DNA from: a virus
Lineage: Duplodnaviria; Heunggongvirae; Uroviricota; Caudoviricetes
DNA: 33,831 nt
Direction: 5' to 3' (one strand)
IMG/VR virus record: IMGVR_UViG_3300033463_000034
A program made the translations under genes and the position numbers. Positions within the stretch are counted from its first letter, which is position 1. Each line of letters starts with the position of its first letter. Positions 23,150 through 31,145 of this stretch are shown piece after piece. Under the pieces are notes generated by a model, which was not told the DNA's origin, did not search any database, and worked only from the letters and a program-made list of their open reading frames with translations.

Positions 23150-24910
23150 TTATTTTTTATTTGTAAAAAACATCATATCACTAATATTTCGTTTTTTTCT
23201 CTTTTTCTTTTTATCTTCTTCTTGTTTAATATAATAAAGTCCATATTCAAAAGCAGAAAATTTATCCTTAGGAATTGCACGATTACTTTGTTTTAAAATA
23301 ATATTTACACCTTCATTTTCTTCAGCTAAATTTAACATTTGTTCTCTTAATATTGTTGTAAGAGTAAAAGGTAATAAATAATCTCCTCTTTTATCACTAT
23401 CCATATTTTGTCCAATTTTTGTAGACATTAATTTCACTTTTGCTTGACCTTCATCTATTAAAAACTTAATTTTTCCACTCATTAATTGAGTTTGTACATA
23501 AGTATGAGCTTCTGTATTAATTGCCGCATTTGCTTTAATTAAATACATAGCATCATCTTCAACTCCTGGACCTTTTATTTTTTTATAAGGTTCAATAGCT
23601 TCTTCAGATGTTCCACCTTCAACTCCAAAAGGAGGAAGTTCTTCACCTGTTTCTGGATCTACTTGTCCCTTTGTCATAAAATCAATTAATCCAGCTCCTA
23701 AACCATTGGCATCAATAGCCATAATTTTAGCTTTATATTTATAAAATAATTTTTTAATATTTATTGCTTGTTTTTCAAAATCTTCTGCATCATAAGAATA
23801 TAAATTTACAAGTGTCTTTAATGCTGCACCTTGCACTTGCGGAGTAACTTTAAAAATACAAACTTCAGTAGTACATTTAAAACGTCCAACATCGACACCT
23901 AATATATAATAAGCATTTTTACTACTTCGTCCACTATATTCATATTCTGGTTGCAATAAAACTCTATGTTTATCAAATTTTTCTGCAGAGAAGAATGCGT
24001 TTTCTGCATCTCCACTTCATTCAGATTCATATTCACGAGCAAATGAACTATCATTATAAGTTCCATCTAATTTAAGTTCTTCAATAAAAGATTTTTTAAG
24101 TAACTTTTCCATTACTGGAACTCGTCAAGTTCCACCTAAAACAACAGCTTCCGCAGGTTCAATAATTTGTTGAATAAGTATTTGAATTAATTTCTCATAA
24201 GCAAATGAATTTTTTCATCCTGCAGTTGTTACATAAATTTGAGATTTATTAACGGTTTCTTCTTCATGTCTACTTCCATCTGCCAATCTTCTATCAACGT
24301 TCATAGTGGGAATAATAACTTCATTTAAAAGAGTTTGATCAATAAGAATACACTCTTCCATAAGTCCGCCAGTAGCACGTTTACCACGGGAACTTTGTTG
24401 TGCCGCAATAATATCTAACCTACTACCATTTTTAAATTTATACTCAACCATATTTTTACTAGCTTTTGTTTGACCTCTTGTTCAATCTATTTCATTTTTT
24501 AAACCAGGAATTAACTTACAAAGCTCTTCTGCTTTTTCTCTTGCAATTCCCGCAGCTTGTTCCTTACCACCTGTAGTAACAAATAAATGGGAATTAGGAT
24601 ATAAAATACATCTAAGCATTAAAATTAACACTGATAAAAATGATTTAGAATAAGCACGAGGAAATGTAGCATAAGCATATCTATGACGCATTACAGCTCT
24701 TAAAAATACTCTTTGATAAAAGAATAAATTAAAATTTTCAGGATTGTTTTCTCCGCATAAAAATTCAACAAAAATATCAGGATATTCTCTTCAAAATGCT
24801 ACATATTCTTTTATAATAGGTAAATTTTCTTTTATTCTTTCTTCTGATAAACCAACTTTTTTTATTAAAGATTTATTTTTAGATAATTCCATTAAATCCG
24901 CAAGAGCCAT
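23150..24910 (-). CDS. terL: Terminase large subunit, 586 aa (code 4)
   Basis: Track ORFs 24482..24691, 24215..24451 and 23150..23956 plus the upstream part share one frame across TGA 24791, 24482, 24215, 24125 and 24017. Walker-A-like PRAYSKS, Walker-B LMEE, motif III YVTTAG, RNase H-like nuclease motifs ILGVDVGR, IDANGLG and KDKFSA. ATG is coupled to the upstream TAA. Confidence 0.92.
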
Positions 24911-26151
24911 TAGCTATCACTTCCTTCATTATCAGAATAAGTATCTAAATCTTTTTCTTTTTGAGCTTCAACTTCTTCCATAAAAGCGGCATAATCTTCA
25001 TCTTCAATCTCAGTAACTCCATCTTGAGCAGCTGCTTCCGCCTCATTCATTTCTTTTTGAATTTGAATTTTCTTTAAAGCATCTTCAATTTGTTGACCAA
25101 AACCTAAATCTTGAGTAACTAATTTATGAAGATAATCATTCATATCTTTTAAAGTTAAATCAACTTTATCTTGAGGAATATCTGTTGCATATCTAGGAAT
25201 AAAACCATCTTTTTCACACATTGCAACTAATTCACCTACGCTATCAACAAAATCATTTTTATCTTCTTTATTTTGCGCTGCCGTAAATTTAGCTGATTTT
25301 CTTAATGATTCAGATACTTTTGATAATTTTTGAAAACCATCAACATCTCCAATATCAAGAGATTGATTCATTTTAAGATTTGTTTTACAAATTAATATTA
25401 ATGTATTAATTGTATCTGCATCTTGAATATCAAAAGACTCAGTCATTTCATTATAAATTCTTTCTAATTCAACTCATTCTGCAGGCTTATATAATCTACC
25501 TCATTTCATGGCTAAATATAATTTATCATCTTGAGTTAATTCTGCCGCAGTATCTATCATATCATCTTCAGACATATAATCATTTTCATTCATTCCAATT
25601 GAACCATTCATATTTGGTATTTGTCCAATAGGCAATAGAGTTGGATCTATAACAGGTTGTTCTTTATGTTTAGTTTCTGTTGAAATTAATGTTTTATATT
25701 CAGCTTCTGAAATTTCCCCAGCTTCAAATTTCTCTTTCGCTTCTGCCTCTCTTTGAGCTGCTTCCGCCGCATGTTGTTCTGCTCTTTCTTTATATCTTTG
25801 TTGTAATCTTTCACTATCTTTTCAACCAATAGGCTCACCAGTTTCTGGATCAAATTTTCATTGTTTTAATTTCATTTTAGATAAATATCTTCCAAATACT
25901 GATTGGCTAGTTAATTTACTAGGATCTTTTTCATAAATTCTATCTCTTAAAGTATTCCATTCTGCGGGAATATAAGGAACATCCATTTTTTCTAATAACC
26001 ATAGAAATGTACTTTCATCAAAATTATTAATATGCATTGTTAAACATTTTTTACATAATTCTGTTTTAGTTCCATCTTTATAAGTAAAAAATTGATTTTC
26101 ATCCATTATCTTGCCGCATTTTTCACAATAATATTTTTCTTTTTCGTTCAT
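24910..26151 (-). CDS. Zn-finger protein, candidate terminase small subunit, 413 aa (code 4)
   Basis: Track ORFs 25858..26151 and 24910..25446 are in one frame across TGA 25858, 25822, 25501 and 25474. N-terminal CEKC..CKKC; translationally coupled to terL. TerS identity is inferred. Confidence 0.7.
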
Positions 26152-26165
26152 ATTTTCACCTCTTA

Positions 26166-27260
26166 TTATCTACTTAATCTATCTTCTTTATTTTTTTTAT
26201 TTCTACAACATTTACAAATACTATATCATCCATCTTTTGAGGTAGAATTTTTAGAAAAATATAAATTATGTGCTAATTTTACTTCTCCACAACGAGAACA
26301 CCTTTTTCATTGACCCTTCTTTTGCGTTGTATAATACCAATTTAAATATCTTTTAACGGCTGATTCCGCCAATAATTTAGGTATTTTATTGCGCCAAAGT
26401 GAACTAATATACTCAACCGAATGTTTTATACCGTGGTTAAGCTCTAGTAAGAACTGGATCTCCGCATTACTTCTACCATCTATTTTATAAATTAATAAAT
26501 CATAATATAAAGGATATTCATCTTTTAATGTGGTTTCAATTAAATTATCTAAGTCTAACATCATATAATAACAATCTCCAGTAAAATGTTCATAACTTTC
26601 TTCTTTTAACATACTATAATTACATAATAAAGCAGAAATATGTTTTGGATTAAAGAAAGAACATAATCCATTACTTACTGGCATACCATTTTTATCAAAT
26701 GTAATTTCTTCATCAAAATCAGCATGTGCAAATGATTTAACTGCATTTGAAATAAAAATAGGTTGTTTAATTGTATTTTTTATTGTATATTGTTCTTGGC
26801 ACATTTCTATTAATTGTTTTTTTAAAGCATATTTTCTTTTACCAGTTGCACGAGCAGCCTGGTTTTTAACATTTTCTATAGCGACATCTAACTCTGCTAA
26901 AGCAGGCATTTCCGCCTTATCTTTAGGCGAGATGTGAATTTTTGGTGTTAATAATACATTTTTATCATTATCTATTGTTATATTATAAAGACCATCTTCT
27001 CCATTTTCAAATTTATTTACCAATCCCTGATAAGATACTTCTCTTTTATTTATTGTAATCATTCTATTGTTTGTTAATATTTCTTTTTTTTGTTTTTCTT
27101 CTTTATCCATAGCTAATACTATATAATTTGATAATATTTCAATATATTTTTCGGTTAATTGATTAGGAGGAGTTTGTCTTACTATTTCTTCTACTAGATT
27201 TTTACGATCTTCCGCATTTTTTAAAGTATAATCAAGTTTAATTTTAGTTTCCACTAGCAA
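26166..27260 (-). CDS. Putative transcription regulator: sigma70-region-4-like HTH plus C-terminal C4 Zn finger, 364 aa (code 4)
   Basis: TTG start after AAGGAG. HTH-like YKIDGRSNAEIQFLLELNHGIKHSVEYISSLWRNKIPKLLA. After TGA 26307: KRCSRCGEVKLAHNLYFSKNSTSKDG-W(TGA 26226)-YSICKCCRNKK, then TAA 26166. Confidence 0.75.
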
Positions 27261-27309
27261 AACTCCTTTCTTTCTATATGTTAATCATCTTTGTCCTATC
27301 TTTATAAAT

Positions 27310-27338
27310 ATTATATTCCAAAAATTTTGAAATGTCAA
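27310..27338 (-). promoter_or_regulatory. Consensus sigmaA promoter driving the minus-strand module
   Basis: TTGACA (27333-27338) - 17 nt - TATAAT (27310-27315), followed by ATTTATA as in the early promoters. Confidence 0.85.
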
Positions 27339-27359
27339 ACCTAGATAAAGTAAGATAAA

Positions 27360-27388
27360 TTGATTTTAATAAAAAAGTATAATATAAT
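27360..27388 (+). promoter_or_regulatory. sigmaA promoter P1
   Basis: TTGATT - 17 nt - TATAAT (27383-27388). Confidence 0.7.
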
Positions 27389-27419
27389 ATTTATAGAAAA
27401 AAGAAAAAGGTGAAAATCA

Positions 27420-27692
27420 ATGAATAAATTAAATATATTAAGAATAAAGATAAAAAAATTTTGGATATGCTATTTATATGGCATAGGCAAATATTTGTTA
27501 TGTGCGGCCGCGGTAGCAGGGTTAATGATTCTTTTAGCAGTGACTGCCGCACCAAAAGTATATTATTATATAGATTATAATGGAAATGAAGGAGTCGCTA
27601 AAAATTGTCAAGTAATTGCCGCAGGTTTAGTATGTGAAAAAATGTATGGTGGTAAAATAATGGTAAAAGAATATTCTGAAATAAGGAGGTAA
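27420..27692 (+). CDS. Hypothetical membrane-anchored protein, 90 aa
   Basis: AAGGTG RBS, hydrophobic stretch YLLCAAAVAGLMILLAVTAA, TAA stop. Confidence 0.75.
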   Translation: MNKLNILRIKIKKFWICYLYGIGKYLLCAAAVAGLMILLAVTAAPKVYYYIDYNGNEGVAKNCQVIAAGLVCEKMYGGKIMVKEYSEIRR

Positions 27693-27697
27693 TTAAT

Positions 27698-27856
27698 ATG
27701 GCAGGATATAGAAATAGAAAAATAAGGATGCCTAGAAATCCTATTGGTAGTCCAAGAAAAATAGCTCAAAGAGGTTTTTATGAAATGTTTAATATTTTAT
27801 TAGGAAATGATGTAAAACCTCGTGATTATGGGAAAAAATTAAGGGATAAAAAATAA
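27698..27856 (+). CDS. Small basic protein, 52 aa (below track cut-off)
   Basis: AAGGAGGT RBS; MAGYRNRKIRMPRNPIGSPRKIAQRGFYEMFNILLGNDVKPRDYGKKLRDKK; TAA stop. Confidence 0.7.
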   Translation: MAGYRNRKIRMPRNPIGSPRKIAQRGFYEMFNILLGNDVKPRDYGKKLRDKK

Positions 27857-28170
27857 AATCGTATATTGTAATTGAAAATAGGCTTGGAGATTTTTGTGTC
27901 GAGGCAAAACCCAAATTTAAAAATCAAAAAAAATTTTTCCTACAATACTACCCCTAGTACCTGGCAAATACGTTCTGTAGCAGGTAAAAACCATGGGCAA
28001 CTAGGTATAAAACATAGGGTCGCAGGCACTCGTTTGGCTGCGAATTTTACATAAGATTTACATATAAATAAAATGTAAACTAAAATAAATAAAAAAATAA
28101 ATTAAATAATTTTTCCTAAAATTAAATAGTAAATTGAATTACCTTGAACCGTATTTAAGGGGAACCTTAG

Positions 28171-28184
28171 CGAACATTCGTTTG
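28171..28184. promoter_or_regulatory. Gram-positive LexA (SOS/Cheo) box
   Basis: CGAACATTCGTTTG matches CGAAC-N4-GTTYG. Confidence 0.7.
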
Positions 28185-28226
28185 TATTAAATAAATTAAA
28201 AAAAATTAATTTTTTTCAAAAAACTA

Positions 28227-28255
28227 TTGACAAATTGCTATTGTTATGTTATAAT
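28227..28255 (+). promoter_or_regulatory. sigmaA promoter P2
   Basis: TTGACA - 17 nt - TATAAT with an extended -10 TG and an upstream A-tract. Confidence 0.9.
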
Positions 28256-28288
28256 TATTATAGAAAAAGAGAAAGAGAGTGCTAGAAT

Positions 28289-28465
28289 ATGGAAAAAGAA
28301 AAACTAATGGAAATGATAGAACAAGTTGAAAATGAATTATTTTGTTTAGATTTAATTGATAGATGGACAATAGAAGATAAAAAACAAGCAAATAAATTAT
28401 ACAAAGAATTAGCACAATTAAAAAAACATTTAGCCGAAATAAAAGTAAAAACTTTAAAAAAATAA
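28289..28465 (+). CDS. Hypothetical protein, 58 aa (below track cut-off)
   Basis: Follows P2 with AAAGAGAG leader; MEKEKLMEMIEQVENELFCLDLIDRWTIEDKKQANKLYKELAQLKKHLAEIKVKTLKK; TAA stop. Confidence 0.75.
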   Translation: MEKEKLMEMIEQVENELFCLDLIDRWTIEDKKQANKLYKELAQLKKHLAEIKVKTLKK

Positions 28466-28475
28466 TTAAAACCTA

Positions 28476-28504
28476 TTGACAAATAGATTTGATTATGATA
28501 TAAT
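28476..28504 (+). promoter_or_regulatory. sigmaA promoter P3
   Basis: TTGACA - 17 nt - TG-A-TATAAT. Confidence 0.9.
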
Positions 28505-28537
28505 TATTATAGAAATAAAGAAAGAGAGTTGAAAATT

Positions 28538-28723
28538 ATGATTAATACAAAAACTATTGAATTAAATTATGAAGAAGCACAAACATTAAGAAGAGCATTA
28601 CTTGATAAAATGCAAGAGATAGACTTAACAAATGCTTTCAATGAACCATACTATAGAGCACTTGATAAATTATACACTAAATTAGAAACAATAGAAGAAG
28701 AATTAGAAGAAGAAAGAAATTAA
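28538..28723 (+). CDS. Hypothetical protein, 61 aa
   Basis: Track ORF 28529..28723; ATG 28538 fits the leader spacing better; TAA stop. Confidence 0.75.
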   Translation: MINTKTIELNYEEAQTLRRALLDKMQEIDLTNAFNEPYYRALDKLYTKLETIEEELEEERN

Positions 28724-28797
28724 TTCTATTTAATAATTCTTCTTCTAATTGAAGAAATATCTAGACAATAGGAAAGATTAAAAAGGAGTTGGCGGAA

Positions 28798-29004
28798 ATG
28801 GGTAGAAAAATAATTAAAGAACTAAAACAAATCAAATGGGAAAATGTTGTTACATTGATAATGATAATATTATTTACAATTAGTTTAATTAATCATATTA
28901 TAATAAATGGATTTTACTTTAATCTAATAACTGAATTATTTGTTGACTTGATGTTTATTTTAGCAATAAGATTTACAATAAAAGAAAGTAAAATAAATAG
29001 ATAA
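28798..29004 (+). CDS. Small two-TM membrane protein, 68 aa
   Basis: AAGGAG 9 nt before ATG 28798; two hydrophobic segments separated by a short loop, with basic ends. Confidence 0.7.
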   Translation: MGRKIIKELKQIKWENVVTLIMIILFTISLINHIIINGFYFNLITELFVDLMFILAIRFTIKESKINR

Positions 29005-29006
29005 AT

Positions 29007-29036
29007 AAAATGCAAACAAATGTTTTTGCATTTTTT
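29007..29036 (+). terminator. Intrinsic terminator
   Basis: AAAATGCAAA/TTTGCATTTT stem running into a T-tract. Confidence 0.7.
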
Positions 29037-29149
29037 GTTATAATAAAATGAAATTGGGAAAAACCTTGCTTTAGGGTAAAAGTAGTGTCAAATTTTGTAA
29101 AGCGGCTTGACGGCTCGGGGTGGGTCAGGGCGAGCCGATTTTGCGTACG

Positions 29150-29163
29150 CGAACATTTGTTCG
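29150..29163. promoter_or_regulatory. Gram-positive LexA box (perfect)
   Basis: CGAACATTTGTTCG. Confidence 0.85.
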
Positions 29164-29216
29164 GATTTCGCCGAATAAAAAACGAAAGCGGAAATGATTA
29201 GTTGTTTTCCTAAAAC

Positions 29217-29230
29217 CGAACAAATGTTTG
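29217..29230. promoter_or_regulatory. Gram-positive LexA box
   Basis: CGAACAAATGTTTG, abutting TTGACA at 29233, which is followed 18 nt later by TG-TAAAAT. Confidence 0.75.
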
Positions 29231-29284
29231 AGTTGACAAAATGTCAAATAAAAGTGTAAAATAAAATTAATTAATAAAAAATTA

Positions 29285-29313
29285 TTGATAAATAAATTAA
29301 TTAATGTTATAAT
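29285..29313 (+). promoter_or_regulatory. sigmaA promoter P4
   Basis: TTGATA - 17 nt - TG-T-TATAAT. Confidence 0.85.
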
Positions 29314-29346
29314 TATTATAGTGAAAGAGAGAAAGAGGTTGAAAAA

Positions 29347-29886
29347 ATGAAAAAAATAGTTAAGGTAGTAATTAATTTAATGGTGTTAGTAAGTGCAGTA
29401 ATGATTACAAAAGCAAGAACTTCCGCAAAGGTTGTAACTCAAGTAATAGTTGAAAAGGAAGAACCTATTGTAATAGTAATGGAAAAAAAGGTTATTGAAA
29501 AAGATATTGCTTTCAATAATGCTAATGAAAAAAATATCTATAATAAAGCAATAGAACAAGGACTAACAAAAGAACAAGCAATGTTATTAATAAGTATCTC
29601 AAGACACGAAACAGGTGCTTGGACTAGTAAAGCATTTAAAAATGATAATAACTTTGGTGGCATAATGAGTAATGGTGGTTTAAAACACTATGAAAGTTAT
29701 GAAGAAGGACTTAATGATTTTGTTAGAATATTAAAAACTTATTACTTTGAAAAAGATTTAAATACAATAGAAGAAATAGGTGCAAAGTATTGTCCAGTTG
29801 GAGCGGCAAATGACCAAAATGGTTTAAATAAATATTGGGTTGGCGGAGTTACTAATTTCTACAATTATTACTTAACTTTAATTTAA
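29347..29886 (+). CDS. Exported/membrane-anchored peptidoglycan glucosaminidase (GH73/PF01832-like, lysozyme-like fold), 179 aa
   Basis: N-terminal signal/anchor MKKIVKVVINLMVLVSAVMIT; catalytic region ISRHETG..KAFKNDNNFGGIM..KHYESYEEGLNDFVRILKTYY..TIEEIGAKYCP..YWVGGV, typical of this family. Confidence 0.75.
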   Translation: MKKIVKVVINLMVLVSAVMITKARTSAKVVTQVIVEKEEPIVIVMEKKVIEKDIAFNNANEKNIYNKAIEQGLTKEQAMLLISISRHETGAWTSKAFKNDNNFGGIMSNGGLKHYESYEEGLNDFVRILKTYYFEKDLNTIEEIGAKYCPVGAANDQNGLNKYWVGGVTNFYNYYLTLI

Positions 29887-29899
29887 GCGGCGACCGCAG

Positions 29900-29926
29900 T
29901 CTAGATTTTTCAAATCTAGATTTTTT
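29900..29926 (+). terminator. Intrinsic terminator
   Basis: TCTAGATTT/AAATCTAGA followed by TTTTTT. Confidence 0.8.
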
Positions 29927-29966
29927 CGTGCTTAACCGCTTGCTTCCGCTTCCAACCCGAAAAATG

Positions 29967-29980
29967 CGAACAAATATTCG
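29967..29980. promoter_or_regulatory. Gram-positive LexA box (1 mismatch)
   Basis: CGAACAAATATTCG. Confidence 0.65.
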
Positions 29981-30012
29981 TGTAATAATTTTTCATTGAT
30001 TTGGGGCTTGGG

Positions 30013-30026
30013 CGAACATACGTTCA
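30013..30026. promoter_or_regulatory. Gram-positive LexA box
   Basis: CGAACATACGTTCA. Confidence 0.8.
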
Positions 30027-30069
30027 TATTCCTAAAATTAAAAAAAATAAAAAATATTTAAAAAAAGTA

Positions 30070-30098
30070 TTGACTTTTTACTATTGCTATGGTATAAT
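30070..30098 (+). promoter_or_regulatory. sigmaA promoter P5
   Basis: TTGACT - 17 nt - TG-G-TATAAT. Confidence 0.9.
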
Positions 30099-30130
30099 TA
30101 TTATAGAAATAAAGAAAGAGAGTGGTTAAA

Positions 30131-30325
30131 ATGAATAGAACAGGTTATAAATTAATTGATACAATTACAGGTGAAATAGTAGAGTGTATTTATAGAAATG
30201 TTATTCTAGAAGAAGGACACGAAAGAATGACAAACTATAAAGAAATTTACAACAAAGAGTTTTACTTAGTTGCTATTGATACTACTACTTATGAATTAAG
30301 AGAATATCCTATTCAAAAAAGTTAA
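30131..30325 (+). CDS. Hypothetical protein, 64 aa
   Basis: Track ORF 30122..30325; ATG 30131 fits the leader; TAA stop. Confidence 0.75.
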   Translation: MNRTGYKLIDTITGEIVECIYRNVILEEGHERMTNYKEIYNKEFYLVAIDTTTYELREYPIQKS

Positions 30326-30343
30326 AAACTTTTTGAATAGGTA

Positions 30344-30372
30344 TTGACAAAAATTAATAATTATAGTATAAT
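30344..30372 (+). promoter_or_regulatory. sigmaA promoter P6
   Basis: TTGACA - 17 nt - TATAAT. Confidence 0.9.
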
Positions 30373-30400
30373 TATTATAGTAAGAAAGGGAGTTGATAGT

Positions 30401-30892
30401 ATGGCAAGAAAAATAATTAAGTTTACTAAAAAAGATAAACAATTTATTCAAGACTTTACTAACTCTATCAATAAAAACTTAATAATTGCAATAAGTGAAA
30501 ATAAAAGATTTGAGTGTGATATTCCTAATAATACAATTTATTTAGGACTAAAAAACTTAAATCAAATAGAAAACAACTTATTCAAAAAATGGTTAAAAAA
30601 TGAAAATATAACTATTAAAATGAATAGAAGATTATTAAGTTTGTTACACGAAATAGGACACTTTCAAACTTTCAACGAACAAGAGTTTGAAGATAGAAAC
30701 TCAATGGAAAAAATCTATAATCAAATGTATGAAAATGATTTAATCACTTTTGAAGAATTAAACTTTAATTATTGGAATATGACAAACGAGAAAAAAGCAA
30801 CTTTATGGGGAATACAATATTATTTAGAAAATACAAAAAAATGTAAACAACTAGTTAAAATATTAAAGTTAAATAAATTTGTAAAATTTTAA
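30401..30892 (+). CDS. Putative Zn metallopeptidase (HExxH), ImmA/IrrE-like, 163 aa
   Basis: True start is ATG 30401 after AAAGGGAG (the track start lies in promoter P6). LLHEIGH motif plus a downstream NEKKATLWG helix resembling the E-x-x-A motif of ImmA/IrrE. Confidence 0.55.
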   Translation: MARKIIKFTKKDKQFIQDFTNSINKNLIIAISENKRFECDIPNNTIYLGLKNLNQIENNLFKKWLKNENITIKMNRRLLSLLHEIGHFQTFNEQEFEDRNSMEKIYNQMYENDLITFEELNFNYWNMTNEKKATLWGIQYYLENTKKCKQLVKILKLNKFVKF

Positions 30893-30900
30893 AAAAACTA

Positions 30901-30929
30901 TTGACATAAATAAATAAAAGTGCTATAAT
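30901..30929 (+). promoter_or_regulatory. sigmaA promoter P7
   Basis: TTGACA - 17 nt - TG-C-TATAAT. Confidence 0.9.
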
Positions 30930-30961
30930 ATATATAGAAATAAAGAAAAGGAGTGATAATT

Positions 30962-31120
30962 ATGGCTAAAAGAAAACCAGTAGTTCAAAAAGTAGTAGTT
31001 GACAAAAATGCAAAACAATTTATGAGAACAGCATTAAACCTTGCAAGAAAAGGAAAAACAAACAAAAAATTGCATGGTCGTAATGCTAACCCAAAAGCAA
31101 TGAAATACAACATTGCTTAA
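30962..31120 (+). CDS. Small very basic protein, 52 aa (below track cut-off)
   Basis: AAGGAG RBS; MAKRKPVVQKVVVDKNAKQFMRTALNLARKGKTNKKLHGRNANPKAMKYNIA; has its own promoter and terminator. Confidence 0.8.
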   Translation: MAKRKPVVQKVVVDKNAKQFMRTALNLARKGKTNKKLHGRNANPKAMKYNIA

Positions 31121-31145
31121 GTGTAAAGTAATTTACACTTTTTTT
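31119..31145 (+). terminator. Intrinsic terminator
   Basis: AAGTGTAAA/TTTACACTT followed by TTTTT. Confidence 0.8.

Noticed and set aside
5840-26313. Plus-strand track ORFs 5840..6097, 6144..6431, 14532..14714, 17250..17498, 19575..19805, 20024..20281, 20316..20525, 24744..24983, 25410..25631, 26092..26313
   Set aside because: Antisense shadows of long minus-strand genes, with no RBS and biased Ser/Phe/Leu composition.
1-27260. TGA as selenocysteine or glycine (code 25)
   Set aside because: There are too many sites for Sec and no SECIS context, and the codons fall at Trp-type motif positions (TTAGW, GGTWRVP, GEW, LAWLH). Formal alignment is still needed.
27872-28054. 60-aa plus-strand ORF
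   Set aside because: TTG start with no SD, lying in a structured regulatory island; more likely non-coding.
29013-29026. Additional LexA-like box CAAACAAATGTTTT
   Set aside because: Two mismatches and fully explained as part of a terminator hairpin; not counted.
29095-29110. CcpA cre site TGTAAAGCGGCTTG
   Set aside because: Spacing does not fit WTGNAANCGNWNNCW.
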